A DNA stretch of 64,000 nucleotides from Hypanus sabinus. Lineage: Eukaryota. Shown piece by piece: positions 37,800 to 51,702 of the stretch (positions are counted from its first letter, which is position 1; each line of letters opens with the position of its first letter). The stretch is from NCBI RefSeq assembly GCF_030144855.1, contig NC_082731.1, positions 29,326,001-29,390,000 of the forward strand. The letters run 5' to 3'. Under the pieces are notes generated by a model that saw only the letters and a list, made by a program, of their open reading frames with translations, made no database searches and was not told where the DNA came from. Position numbers and translations under genes: made by a program.

Positions 37800-40700
37800 T
37801 ACTAATGCTGCATGGGGGGTGCGGGTGGGGGCTGTTTAAACTAGAGTTTCAGGGGATGAGAACCAGAGGGTCAGGACAGATAGTGGAGAGGTTCTGGAGA
37901 TAGATGTCAGGAATTAAACGGTTGAGCATGGTATGAGCAATGTTCTCAGCTGGGTATATTTCAAAGCAGGTATTTTATAGGAAAGGCAAATGAGCTCATG
38001 TCATAGATTAAAATAAGGAATTATGATACCGTAAAAATTAGTGAGACTTGGTTGCAGGAGGGGCAGGACTGGCAGCTCAATATTCCAGAGTTCCATTGTT
38101 TTAGACATGTCAATGCAAGAGCGATTAAAGGAAGAGGAATGGTGTTACCTGTGATCAGTCAGGAGAGACTGGAGAACTCCTCTATTTAGGCTTTATGGGT
38201 GGAAATGAGGAATAGGAAAGGTCTGACCACGTTAATGGGCCTATATTAAAGACCACCCAACAGTCTACAGGATTTAGAAGTACAAGTTTGTAGGGAGATC
38301 ACAGACTGTTGTGAAAAACATAAGGTTGTGATGGTAGGTCATTTCAACTTTCTACATATTGACTTGGATTCCCAGTCTATAAAAGGGATGGAGTTTGTGA
38401 AATGTACACAGGAAAGTTTCTTTAATTGGCATGGAGAAGTCCCAACGGGAGTGTGTGGAATACTCGATGTCTTTTTAGGGAATGAGACAGGGCAGCTGAC
38501 AGAAGATTGTATAAGGGAACACTTTGCATCTACTGATCAAAATGCAATTAGTTTCAAAAGAAATATGGCAAAAGATAAATCTGGTTCCTAGGTTCAGATT
38601 CTAAATTCGAGAAAGGCCAATTTTGATGGTATCAGAAAGGATCTGGCAAGTGTGAGTTGGGACAGGGTGTTTTCTGGCAAAGGTGTTCTTGGTAAGTAGG
38701 AAGCCTTCAAATATGAAATTTTGAGAGCACATTGCTTGTCTGTGCCTGTCAGAATAAAAGGCAATGATGACAGGTCTAGGGAGCCTTGGTCTTCAAGAGA
38801 TATTGAGGCCCTGGTGAAGAAGAGAAAGGAAATGCTCAGCAGGGTCAGGCAGGTAGGAACAAATGAGGTATTTATGGGGTATAATAACTGCAAAAAAACC
38901 CCTAAGAAAGAAATAAGAACTAAAAGAATGGACAAGGTTGCCCTAGCAGGCAAACTGCAGGAGAATCCTAAGGGATTTGACAGATATGTCAAGATGAGGT
39001 AGTAAATTTGATTGGATATTGGTTTTGTGGAAGAAGCCAGAGATGGTAGCAGATGGTTGCTTCTCTGACTGAAGGCTTATGACTGGTGGAGTTCTGCAGG
39101 AATTGGTGCTGGGTCCATTGTTGTCTGTCATCTGTATCAATCACCTAGATCAGGGATGGCCAACCAGTGGTGCATTGTACCCCAGTGATAATAATAAAAA
39201 AGTAACCCCACTCATGCAAAAAGTATTAACCAAAAACCAATTTGTAGAAAAAAAATCTATACCAGGAATTCAAGTAGCTTAGATCTAGAAATGGGATTTA
39301 CTGAGAATAAATCTAAAACTTAGCAATTATTTTCAGTGATTTTATTATTTCGTGCACATCTTTTGGAGAATGCTATCTTCTTTGACATTGATCTGCTTTC
39401 AATTTTAAAAAATGTTCAATAAGTCAAACTAGGAAAGAAGGACTTCTGTTCTGTAGTTGTTCCATAACTGTTCAATACAAGTTTGATACTTGTTTGATCC
39501 TCAGATGCCAGGCGTCTGCACCAGTGATGCATCGCAGGCTCTTGCCAGTCAGTTTACAATTGACACTCATGTGCTATGAAGTTGTGCTTTGTTTGTCTTT
39601 TGTGAACATTTGCAGTTTTGTACTTTTTCAAAAATTAAGCCTTCGTTTTACATTCAGTTACCCATCATAGTGCAAAAGAAATGAGCAAAAGAAAGCAGAA
39701 AGTGTTAGGAAGCATGAATTCAATGAACAGTGGGAAAATGTGTTCTTATTTATAGCGGGTCTGTCAGGAATATCGTTGTGCATTGTTCGTGAAAACACTT
39801 TCTCACATAATACAAGACATGATCTTAATAGACACTATAAAACACAACATTAGACAGAAATAAAAGTAAAACTGAAGCTAGTGCTTGGGTCTGAGTTACG
39901 GAAAGAATATGTGATTATGAAAAAGGAAGAAGTCAAAAGGAGAGAAAATATACGTTAAAAGAAGTTGTTAAAGTTTGGCAATGACTGAAGCATCCTACGA
40001 AATTACTTTTGCATTGGCCAAAAATGGAAGTCTTTCTCTTTTGGAGAAGAAATTGTTATGCCTTGTCTGCAAATATTTGCAAGATGTCTTAGTGATAAAA
40101 GTATCAAAAGGAAAATACTTGTAGATGAAATTGCTCTGTCAAAGCAGTTACAAGATGCACCAAAGAGCTCTGTCATGATGTATCTGAGCAACTGATAGAC
40201 CTTGTCCATGCTTGTACTTTCTTTTCTTCAGCTTTGGACGAATCTGCTGACATATGTGATGAAGCCCAGTTAAACATTTTTATAAGAGGAATTGATGATA
40301 ATTTTAGCATCTTTGACAAACTTATTGGTCTTTAGTCTCTCCATGGAAAAACAAGAGGATCTGACATATTTGACAAAGTAAAATCATGCCTAGAAAATCT
40401 ATAACTAGATTCCAGTAAACTTATTGCTCTTTGTACTGATGGAGCGCCGGTAATGATAGGTAAAGCCGCTGGGACTACTGCTTGAAAACTTTTTAGGTTG
40501 TCCTCTGCTAAAATACCACTACATTATACACCAAGAGTCACTGTGTGGAAAAACTTTAAATTTGCAGCATGGTATGCTACTGGTTGTGAAATGTGTGAAT
40601 AAAGTTAAAGCAAGAGGATTAGACAGATGGGAATTCAGAGAATATTGTGAAATGTTAGATGTGGAATATGGCGATCTCGTCCTTCATTACGAGGTGCGCT

Positions 40701-42610
40701 GGCTTTCTAGAGGACAGGTTCTGAGTAGATTTTGGAAGTTGAAAAATAATGTTAATAATTATCTAGAAAAAAAAATGAGCTGCCAGATGAAAGAGCCCTT
40801 TTAACAATTGGCTATTTGATTTAGCATTTTTAGTTGATGTTAAAAGCATCTCAATGATCTAAATTTGAAACTCCATGGTAAGAACAAATTGTTTCCTAGC
40901 TTAGTAAATGAAATCAATGCATTCAAGATGAAGTTAAAACTGTTCACCTCTCAGTTAGAAAATGAGGATTTGAGCCAGTTTCCACACTTAAAAGATCAGA
41001 GTGAATGTGCTGAAGTTAACGGCAATTTTACAAAATATATTGAAAAAAATCAGGTTATTGCAAGAGTCTTTTGAAAGTTGTTTTCGTGATTTTGCTAAAG
41101 AAGTAGGCTGCATACTTGCATTTATAAACCCATTTTCACTTGAACAAAAATCATGAAGATGCCTAGTAACACAAGTATAGAACTTACTGACTTGAAACCA
41201 AAATTTGGAAACCAAAACTTAAAATTTGATGAGCTTCCCTCAGTCCCAAATGCTTCTGACATGATTAATTTCTGGCGATCATTACCCTGTGAACATTTTC
41301 CAGAGCTAAGAAAATTTGCCCAGAATTATATCTGTCGTTTTGGAAAGACGTAAAGATATGAACAAGCATTTTCAGCCAAGAAGTTGATTAAAAACAAAAT
41401 GAGGTCACGGTTGACTGATTCTAATTTGAAGAATTCTCTGCTGCTCTCAGTAATTAATTTATCTCCAAACACTAAAATCTTGGCAAAATCAAAACAGACT
41501 CAAAAGTCTCATTAAGGTAAATAATGTTTATCTTGTTTTTTATATTAAATCCATATATCATATAAAATGCTAAATATATCTATATTAACATATTTTTACA
41601 AGAAATTAATGGGGGTAAAAGAGTTGTATGGCGCATCTGAACTCGTGCGTGAAAAAATTGACGCATGGAATGTAAAAGGTTGGCCACCCCTGATCTGGAT
41701 GGTAATATAGTTCACTGGATCAGCAAATTTGTAATTGACACCAAGATTGGGGGGTGGAGCGGACAGCAAGGAAGACTATCGGAGCTTGCAGTGGAATCTA
41801 GACCAGATGGTAAAATAGCAGATGGAATTTATTGTAGGCAAGTGTGAAGTGTTGCACTTTGGTAGTACAACCAGGGTAGGACTTACACAGTGAATGATAG
41901 GACACTGAGGAGTGTGGTAGAACAAAGGGGTCTGTGAATACATTGAAAATGGAGGCACAGGTAGATAGGATCACGAACAAAACTTCTGGCACATTGGTCT
42001 TCATAAGTCAAAGTACTGAGTACAGGAGATGGGAAGTTATCTTAAAGTTGTATAAGACATTTGTGAGGCCTCATTTGGAGTACAGTTTGCAGTCACTAAC
42101 CTACAGGAAAGATGTAAATAACCTTGAAAGAGTACAGAGAAAGTTTAAAGGAATTCTACCAGGTCCGGAGAAACTGTGTTATAAGGAAAGATTACAAAGG
42201 CTAGGACTGTTTTCCCTGAAACATAAAAGATTGAGGGGAGATTTGATGGTGGTGTACAGATTTATCAGGGGTATAGATAGGGTAAAAGCAGGCAGGCTTT
42301 TTCCACTGAAGTTGGGAAGAACGCCAACTAGAGATTATAGGTTAAGGGTGAAAGGTGAAATGTTGAAGGAGAACATGAGGTAAACTTCTTCACTCAGAGA
42401 TTTGTGAGAGTGTGGAATGAGCTGCCAGAATAATTGATGTCTGCAAGATCGATTTCAATGTTTAAGAGAAGTTTGGATGGTTAGATGGATGGGAAGAGTA
42501 TGGAGGACAATGCTCTGGGTGCAAGTCAGTGGGACTTAGCAGCTTAAATGACTTGGCACAGACTAGATGGGCTGAAAGGCCTGTCTCTGGACTGTACTTT
42601 TCTAGATCTC
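37800..42610 (+). mobile_element. Degraded CR1 LINE split by the hAT insertion (37800-39150 and 41693-42610)
   Basis: APE remnants, VLQELVLGPLLSVICINHL before the insertion and LDGNIVHWISKFVIDTKIGG after it; RPHLEY...ERVQRKF and 3' UTR. Confidence 0.85.
39151..41692 (+). mobile_element. hAT DNA transposon (Buster/SPIN/GTF2IRD2-like), transposase pseudogenised
   Basis: 15-bp TIRs CAGGGATGGCCAACC / revcomp CAGGGGTGGCCAACC (14/15); 8-bp flanks ACCTAGAT / ATCTGGAT (6/8); remnants LDESAD, TDGAPVM, HQESLC, EVRWLSRG, RSRLTD. Confidence 0.9.
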
Positions 42611-43589
42611 AATGGGCAGAAAAATGGCATATGGGATTTAAGTGTGATGTGCTGCAATTGGCCTTCACAGATCTAGGTATTGTGTACAGGAGATTGGATG
42701 TTATTTTGAAGTTGGATAAGACATTCCTGAGGCTAAATTTGGAGTGTAGGTACATGAATGGGTGGGGTATGAATGGCTATGGTCTGGGTGGAAGTCAATG
42801 GGTTTGAGTAGTTTAAATACTGGATGGGCCAAAGGGCCTGTTTCTGTAACTGAAGCGACTGTCAGACAGTGACCGAGGCCAGGCTGTCTGTGTTTACATT
42901 CCTTAGAGTTTAGAAGAATCCAGGATTTCTGGACTCAAACATATCAGATACAAAAGGGGCACTCGAGGGTTGATGTTGAGAAATTGTCACCTGCCAGAGA
43001 GCAACGAACAAGGGGACATTGTTATGAAATAAGGAGCCGAATATTTGAAACTGAGGTGCAGAGAAATTTCTTCTCTCAGAGGGAATGTATCCCCAGATGT
43101 CTCAGATCAGAGCATGGAATCTGGTGGTCTACTCTTTCTCCTATTTTCTTTTCTTCTTGTGAGTTCACTAGAGACAGAGACAATTGTGTGATGTGTTGCA
43201 ATTGGCCTTCACAGATCTAGGTATTGTGTACAGGAGATTGGATGTTACGTTGAAGTTGTATAAGACATTCCCGAGGCTAAATTTGACAGAGATAGAGACA
43301 GAGAGAATTGCAAGAAGAGACAAAGGATAAGATCAGAACTATGCAAATAAAGAAACTGTGTGAATGTTTGAAGAAAGAAGGCAGAGGACAATCTGAGTGG
43401 CTAAAGCAGAGACAGACAGTCCCAGAAAGAGACACAGGGAGGCTTTCAAAGGGATCATTGGCATCGGTGCCCTTCGAACAGGACCTCACCTTCAGTGTGT
43501 CTCAACAAAATCTCCCTTACTCTATGCAGGACACAGAACATGTTATGTGATTCACAATGTGCCTAACATTCTGCAGAACTCCAAAAGAC

Positions 43590-44145
43590 CATAAGACATA
43601 GGAGCAGAATTAGTCCACCTGGCCCATCGATTCTGCTCCACCATTCAATCATGGCTGATCCTATTTTTACTCCTCTTCAACCCCAGTTCTCGGCCTTCTC
43701 CCCATAACCTTTGATGCCATGTCCAATCAAGAACTTACCAATTTCTGCCTCAGATATACCCAATGATCTGGCCTCCACAGCTGCATGTGGCGACAAATTC
43801 CACAAATTCACCACACCTTGGCGAAAGAAATTTTTCCACAGCTCTGTTTTGAAAGGGCGCCTCTCTATCCTGAGGCTGTGCCCTCTTGTCCTAGACTTTC
43901 CCACCATGGGGAACACATCTATTCTGACTAGGCCTATCAACATTCGAAAGATTTCAATGAGATCCCCCCTCCTCATTCTGAAATGCAGTGAGTACAGACC
44001 CAGAGTCAGCAAACATTTCTCGTATTCCCCTTTTATTCCTGGAATTATCCATGTGAACCTCCACTGGACCCCCTCCAATGCTGGCACATCTTTTCTAAGA
44101 TGAGGGGCCCAAAACTGTTCACAATACTCAAGGTGAGGCCTCACA
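43590..44145 (-). mobile_element. CR1 LINE 3' fragment
   Basis: Minus ORF RPHLEYCEQFWAPHLRKDV...TRGHSLRI; cut off where the second L1 begins. Confidence 0.85.
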
Positions 44146-47100
44146 GACTTCCGGTGGCTGTAATGGAGTAGGTTGCACTAGCTACGTGCTCCGAAATTAT
44201 TTGCTTACTTTGCTGTTTAAACCGATCTCGGTGAGAGAACCATGAGTAGAAAGCTGTCAAAAAAAGAGACTACTTCAGAGACTTCGACTGAAATGATTCA
44301 ACAAATGCTGTCGTGGTTTTTCGTGCCTCACAAATGACCAGGAGACGCAGAAGATTCTTCAAGAAGGGTTAAACTTTAATTTGCAAATCAAAGCTGACAC
44401 AGTCAGTGAGCTAGTCGCTGATTGCCCACCAATCCTCGGACACGGCATTTTTTATAGCAAAATCCTGGTCCAGTTTCACATGTACGTCCCATTGAATTAA
44501 TCATGTTCCAATCCACATCTCCCAGCCATCTCTCACCAACACACCATTGTCTTCTACATTCTTAAGATTTCATTCTCCTACTAAATTGGGTACATGCATT
44601 GCAAATAGCAAGTTCAAACTACATAATCTACATCAAGGCTGACTACATAGTTTTGGTTACACAGCAAACAAGTTCAAAGCAAAACATCTCTTTGCTACCT
44701 CTCATTACCACACCATTGTCTTCTACATTCAATTGGATACATGCATAGCAAATAGCAAACTTCAAAGCTGACTGCATCTCTTAGATACCTCTCATTAACA
44801 TATATTAACACACCATTGTCTTCTACATTCCAGCATTTCAACTTGGGTACATGCATAGCAAATTGACTACATAGTTTTGGTTACACATCAAATAATACAA
44901 GTTTTATATTCCATAATATTTTTATACTCCAATAATGTCAGAGAAACTCGAAAAATTGGATAAACTGGATGACTTGGAATCCAAGTTTGATTTGTTACAG
45001 AATTCCTTCGACCTGGTTAAATCTGAACTGAAAACGCTTAATCAGAAACCTGGACGTATACAGCAGACTGTGAATGACCACGAAATGACAAGAAGAATCT
45101 CTGCCGGTGTTGCAGAAGGATATCGAAGGTTTCAAGAGAATTTCTATGGAACAACTTAAAAAATACGACGCATTACTGAAGAAACTTACAGACTTGGAGA
45201 CCAGGAACCAAAAGTGCAATATCAGAATTCTTCGATTTCCCGAAAAACTGGAGGGTAATCAACCTATCGATATTTGTGCTCAAACGCTGAAAGATTTATT
45301 CCCTGATATATTATTGGAACTACCAAAATTTGAGCACGTTCACCGAGTTACCCCCCCCCCCCAATTGGGACCCTGCCAAACCTCGCTCTATTATCATTCG
45401 CTTTTACGACTATCAGATTAAAGAACAGATCCTTCGTGAATCGAGGAAGAAACGTATATTACAATTTCGTGATCAACAGTTTTGGATCGTTCAAGATTAT
45501 CCACTGGATGTTCTAAGAGCCAGACAGGCTTTTAAAGAGCTTATGTCTGATCTTTTCAAGCTTGGCTGTCGCCTTTCTCTCAGAAATCCGTGTAAACTCA
45601 AGGTTACTACTTCTGATAATAAGGTCTCTTGGTTTACGAAGCCTGAAGAAGCTAAGAAACTTTTACAAAGTCTCCATCCTTAAATTCAACTTTGAGTTGT
45701 TTTATGTTAAATGTTTTAATTTCAGGTGTTCAATCAAGTAATTGGCGTTTTGTTGATAACAAGGTTTCTTGGTTTTACGAAGTCTTAATCATTTGTAAGT
45801 AACTGGCGCCTTGTTATCTTTCAAACTATGCAAAATATGCAGGCAGACAGCATCTATTTTCTCTTTAGCTGCTTTTCGCAGCTCTTTTTAAACAATACGT
45901 TATATTCTCTCAGCGTTATGTAGGAAGCTATCTAAACCGCTACCCTTTTTAATTATCTTCTATCTGTTTCTTTACTCTATTTTTGCACCCGCGAGTATAT
46001 GTTGTTTTACTTACTGATTTTCCTTATTTGTCTTTGCTTTTTTACCGAGACGAATACTTATATTTTCCCATTGTTTTTTTAACGTAATTAACAAACTTAT
46101 TTACTTTGACTTTTTAGTATATATATATTTACAACCGTTTATTCAGCGCAGCTATACATATATATTTTCTGGAGCCACAGGAGTTTTGGGTTGAGAACGT
46201 TAGAATTAGTCTTCAGCCTCTCTTGGCTGATTTCTCTCTTTGGGGGGAGGGAGGGGGAAGCTGATTGGATGTTTTTACTGTTTTACTTGTTCACTATCTA
46301 CATGTCTGTGATTACCTTTTATACATTACTAAAGGATACTTGATGGATTCTTTTATTAATATACTCAGTTTTAATGTGAAAGGTCTAAATAACCCTGTTA
46401 AACGAAATAAGATTTTCTCTTGTATCCGGAAACTTAACACTCATAATCTTTCTCCAAGAAACCTATATTCGTAAAGATGATATTTCACATTCTTTCAAAG
46501 GATGGAAGGGTGTACATTTTCACTCACCCTCTCAATCTAGATCGAGAGGCGTCTCTATCCTGTTCGATCAGAATTTATCCTTTATTCAACATAATGTAAT
46601 TTCTGATACAAATGGGCGCATTGTTATTGTATCGGGTAGTCTAATCGTATTTGCGAATGTATACACTCCAAATATAGATGACTCCTTGTTCTTTGAACGT
46701 CTTTTCTCTTTTCTGCCTGATTTGAATCAGTATTCCTTAATGATGGGTGGAGATTTTAATTTTTGGCTTGACCCTATATTAGACCGCTCTTCGAGTAAAA
46801 CCCCTGTCACTAATAAATCAGTCTTACTTTTTAAATCTTTTTTATCTCAATGTGGTATTCTTGACATGTGGCAGTTTTTACACCCCCAAGAAAAGTAATA
46901 TTCATATTTCTCTCAGGTTCATCATATGTACTCTCGGATTGATTATTTTTTTAAAGATAGAAACTTGCTTCCGCTGGTACGATCCTGTGATTATAAGGAG
47001 ATTGCTTTGTCTGATCATGCACCTGTGCTTCTGGCTTTAAGATTACCTGCTTACTCTGTACCAAATAGAAGTTGGCGTTTTAACTTATCATTGTTATCTG

Positions 47101-48868
47101 ATAAAAATTTTCTAAAGTTTTTGGAAAACCATATTACTTTTTTCTTTAAAGAAAATTTTAAAGGAGGTACTGCTGGTAATATAGTCTGGGATACTTTTAA
47201 AGCATATATTCGTGGAGAAATTATCTCTTACTCTAACTATATAAAGAAAAAAGCTGACAAAGAAAGGTCTGACCTAGCAGCGATATTAAAAGATCTTGAT
47301 CGAAAGTATACCCTATCTCTAGATCCATATATAATAAGCATATTGAAATGCAATCCAAGTATAATCTTCTGCTGACTTACCCAATTGAATGACAGCTGTT
47401 GAGAGATAAAACTCAATTTTATATTCATGGGTATAGAACTGATAGGTTATTAGCCAATGGCTTAAAATCTTTTACAGTTAATCGTCAAATCACAGGATTT
47501 TTTAAAGATAATGGAACTAAGACATCCGACCATTCTGAAATTAACAACATATTTAAAGACTTTTACCTTAAGTTGTATCATTCTGTCTCTTCTTCAGATG
47601 ATACCTATATGAACACTTTTTTCAGTAATATCAGCTTTCCTACATTGCCTGCTGATAGTCTAACACAGTTAGATCAGCCTATTTCCAATGAAGAAGTGGC
47701 TGAGGCTATACGTGCTTTACATTCTGGTAAGACCCCAGGACCTGATGGCTTTCCTGGGGAGTTTTATAAAACTTTCACTACGTTACTTACACCTTATTTA
47801 TCCTCTGTTTTATCAGAGTCCTTTAAATCAGGTAAACTCCTTCAATCTTTTTATGAAGCTTTTATTTCTCTTATTCTTAAAAAAAATAAAAATCCAGCTG
47901 GATGTTCTTCATACAGACCGATTTCTTTATTAAATGTTGATGCAAAAAATTTAGCCAAAATCTTAGCTCGAAGACTTAAAAATTTTCTACCATCTATTAT
48001 ATCACATGACCAGACAGGATTTATTAAAAATCATTACTCACATTTTAATATACATCGGTTATTGAATGTGATATACTCACCATCCAAAAAAAATATCAGA
48101 GATGCAGAAAAAGCCTGTGAGAGGATTGAGTGGAATTTTCTTTTTAAGACCTTAGAAAAGTTTAATTTTGGGCCTAATTTTATTCGTTGGGTTAAATTAA
48201 TCTACTTGTCTCCTACCGCTCAGGTTATTACTAACTGCCAAATTTCTAAGCCCTTTAAATTACAGCGGGGAATTAGACAAGGATGTCCTCTTAGTCCTTT
48301 ACTTTTTGCTTTAGCTATAGAACCCTTAGCAATAGCACTTCGAGAAGCTAAGGACATTTCTGGTATACTAAGGAAAGGTATGTCTCATAAAATTTCATTA
48401 TATGCTGATGATATTTTACTTTTTATCTCTAACACTGAAACTTCTTTACCTTTGTGTTTCTTTCCTTAATCTCCCAGTTTAGTTCTTTTTCAGGATATAA
48501 GCTGAGCCTACATAAAAGTGAGCTGTTTCCTTTAAATGACCTAATGTCATCAAATGCCAAATTTCCGTTCAAAGTTGTTACGTCAATTTGCATATTTAGG
48601 TGTAAGAATTACTAAAAACTTCAAGAATTTATTCAAAGAAAACAAACCCCTTATTGAATTATGTGAAAAAGACGCTTACTAAACGGTCCCCTCTTTCTTT
48701 ATCCCTAATTGGCCAAATTAATTCGATTAAAATGAAGATTCTTCCTAAATTTTTATATCTTTTTCAGGCCTTACCTATTTTTATTCCTAAGACGTACTTT
48801 GAATCTTTAGATTCAATTTTAACCTCTTATATTTGGAATAATAAACAAGCTTGTTTAAGTAAAGTTTA
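44146..48868 (+). mobile_element. Second L1-clade LINE, degraded and 3'-truncated
   Basis: ORF1 remnants (DLETRNQKCNIRI, FWIVQDYP); ORF2 remnants (SFNVKGLN, GGDFN, SRIDY, SDHAP, KTPGPDG, QGCPLSP, YADD) with frameshifts; breaks off in the post-RT region. Confidence 0.9.
44309..44931 (-). mobile_element. Solo LTR inserted in ORF1 of the second L1
   Basis: Minus strand begins TG and ends CA; TATAAAAA (~44449-44457) then ATTAAA (~44373-44378); internal direct repeats; host ORF1 reads MIQQM|SEKLEKL across it; TSD imperfect. Confidence 0.65.
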
Positions 48869-48869
48869 C

Positions 48870-49840
48870 TGACAAAGTAAACACAACAGTCCAGTCCATA
48901 AACACAGAGCCACAACACCTTCTCTGATATCACCGACATTCATTGTAAGAGCAGAGAGGGACACCACACGAGGCAGAGAGGCTGACCCGCCTGTCACACC
49001 GAGCCACTCACAGAATCCATCTCTAGCACCGATCAGAAGACAGGCAATCGGCACTGAAACTCTCGCTCGCTTAATGGACAGTTTAAATGCTGAAATGGAG
49101 TCAATCATCGTCTTGAAGTTTCATTACATCGAAGCCGTCTGAGTACATGCTCGGATTCTTCACGAAGACAGCAGAGTGCTGGATCACTGAAACAATGTTC
49201 AATCAAAATCACAGTCTCTAACTCTAACAGTCCCAGAAACATATTTAAAGTGAAAGACAGATGTAAAAGACCAAAAAATTATATTCTCATGAGCTATCTG
49301 GAAGAGGTTGACCGAGGGAGTATTGCACTCTGGCATCATCTTGACCAAAATGAGTTTATTCACTCTTCCGCAGGTCGTACTTGGGCTTCTTGTCTAATGC
49401 AGGATCACCAGGCTAGACGGCCATAAATCAAGACCTCAGCAGACGACAACTCTCCTGGTCCATCCACAACTTTTGCTTTGGGTATGTCCAGTATGCTCTT
49501 GAAGGCACACACTCATCCACACAGGTCTTGATGAAGTTGGTGACAACTCTGGCATATTCATTCCGATTTGAAGATGAGTCTCTGAATATTATCGAGTTCA
49601 CCAACTCAATGTCCTGAAGGTGCAGTTCTGCCTTCCTTGACCATATCTTCTTGGTCTTCACTACCAGAACTGTGCTCTTTAGTCTCTGCCTATATGCCGG
49701 GAGTTGAAGAACAGCCAGGTGATCGACCTTACCAAAGTGTGGCCATAGGCTGGCACAGTAACCATTGTTGATGGTGGTATAACAGTGGTAAAGTGTTGGC
49801 TCCACTGTTTCCACAGGAGATATGTTAGTGGTCGTTGTTC
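48870..49840 (-). mobile_element. Rex1/Babar-like LINE pieces
   Basis: Minus ORF PHFGKVDHLAVLQLPAYRQRLK...FIKTCVDECVP; 5'-end-like CAAGATGATGCC motif on the minus strand near 49345. Confidence 0.55.
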
Positions 49841-50822
49841 AGAGACTTCCTCAAGATGTCCTGGTTCAAATCCCAGTGTGCTATTTCATGTTTAGTGATC
49901 ACAGTGCTCAGCTCTTCCAGTGACTGCCCGATGTTGGCCTGAGCTGGCTCCCCCCACACCATGCCTGGATCTGCTGCAGACTAATGGACTGAAATTGTTT
50001 GCAATTATTCATCGACAACTCCATTATCACTGTGTCATGTGACAGGGGACTGAACCCAACAGGATTTAATCCTGAGCTGTGTCCTGCAATGATCTTTGCT
50101 GGCCCTGCAACGATTCACTGATATTACTGATGACCTGGATGATGGGACACAAAGCCATGTCTATGAGTGCCCAGCAAATGAAAAGCATACTCCACAGTAA
50201 ATAGAATGGCAGGGAGGTTTAAAGTGTAGAGATGGAAGCAGATGAAGTGAACAGGACAACTGGAACAAAGTGAGATCATTGACTGAGGCAGGCAAGTTAC
50301 AGAGATGAAAGGAGAGATTTTTCATGGGAGATTTGAAAGTCAGCATCAGAATTTTCAGTCTGGAGGAATCCCAGGTTCAGTCCAAACAGATATGAAGCAG
50401 CTCATTGAATCAGATCAATGTCACAAATGTATCTACAGATTCTCACATGCACTGAGACAAGAAAATTGCAGGGAAGTGTTGTCTTTGATCAGAAACTGCA
50501 TCTCTCATTGCAATTCACAGCTCCAATAGCACATTTTATTGGCATTCCAGCAGCTAAATGTCACGTGGCTGGCCAACTGTCCTGCAGTCTCTGCTGTGAC
50601 CCGACTGGGTCCTGAGGAAATAAGCTCCTTGTTGTTTGGTTTTGTTTTCTCAGTCAAAGGTTGTAAGCAGAGATGAGCAACCCACTCTGCAAACAAACCT
50701 GATTAAATTCCAATGTACTATTCTGTACAAATTGAGCTTCAGGATAAGTCTGAGCTGAAGTTGTCAAGCCAGCTGACAGCAGATACTGTCCAGTTAGTAA
50801 ATTTTCGATTTCTCATCTACAG

Positions 50823-51125
50823 AGTTGTCTGTCTTTATCCAAAATCCCTCCATTGAAGAGATGTGGATCAACCAGACCGCTACTCTGGTGTGTATGATTG
50901 TGGGTGCTGATCTGAGCCAGGTCCAAATCCACTGGCAGGTGAATGAGAGGGAGAAAATCAAAGCAAATGTGACCAAAAAACCGAGAGAGGAAGGAACCCG
51001 AGACACAGTGATCAGCCAACTCCAGACCAGTGTGGAGGAGTGGGCCAGTGGGGTGGAGTACACTTGCTCTGCCCAACAACCTTCTTCAACCTCACCAGTA
51101 TCAGCACGGAGAAAAAGTACCAAAG
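50823..51125 (+). CDS. IgW: Duplicated IgW CH3b exon (ELSVFIQNPSIEEMW...ARRKSTK)
   Basis: 303 nt, same length as CH3a, phase 1-1, open, 55/101 aa identical to CH3a by manual count; canonical splice sites. Confidence 0.93.
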
Positions 51126-51213
51126 GTGGGCAAGAGGTCAGCGATTAAAATGGACAACGTTGTTACCTCAGTAAAAATGTTTGACATTTCCATTGTTTGC
51201 CCATCAGTTCCAG

Positions 51214-51531
51214 TGGAGACAAAAGGTCCCAAAGTCAGACTGCTACCCCCGCCAGAGGGAGAGACCAAGAGTGGGAACACGGTCTCTCTTGAGTGTATTG
51301 CTTCTGGATTCTACCCAAACAAAATAACCATCTCCTGGGAGAAAGGGGACTCTCTGATCTCTTCCAACATCAGTGTGAGACCAGCTGCTCTGGAACAGGC
51401 GGGGACTTTCATTGCCAGCTGTGTCCTGACCATGAGCACAGAGGAGTGGAAGGAAGGCTCAGTTTTCAGATGCACAGTGTCTCATCCCCCCTCCAACACC
51501 AGCGTCAGGCAGGATGTGAAAAACATTCAAG
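51214..51531 (+). CDS. IgW: Duplicated IgW CH4b exon (VETKGPKVRLLPPP...DVKNIQ)
   Basis: 318 nt, same length as CH4a, 62/106 aa identical by manual count; second in-frame AG 6 nt upstream (CAG|TTCCAG|). Confidence 0.93.
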
Positions 51532-51702
51532 GTATGATTCTGAGATTCACTCCACTGTTGACATCCTCTGCCACAGCCACAACACAGGGCCAAGCAAGGT
51601 CAATAGGTAACGGCAAGTGTGGCATTGTTGTAGTTGTGTGAGTGGATTAATAATGCAGAGTCAGAGAGTGGGAAAGAATCAGATTTCATCCAATGCTTCC
51701 AG

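Noticed and set aside
42643-43284. 98-bp direct duplication (42643-42740 and 43187-43284)
   Set aside because: Both copies are degraded CR1 fragments; a local duplication with no functional signal
43341-43348. ATGCAAAT octamer and the 80-aa ORF 43308-43550
   Set aside because: Isolated 8-mer among repeat debris; the ORF is low-complexity purine-rich sequence without motifs or splice support
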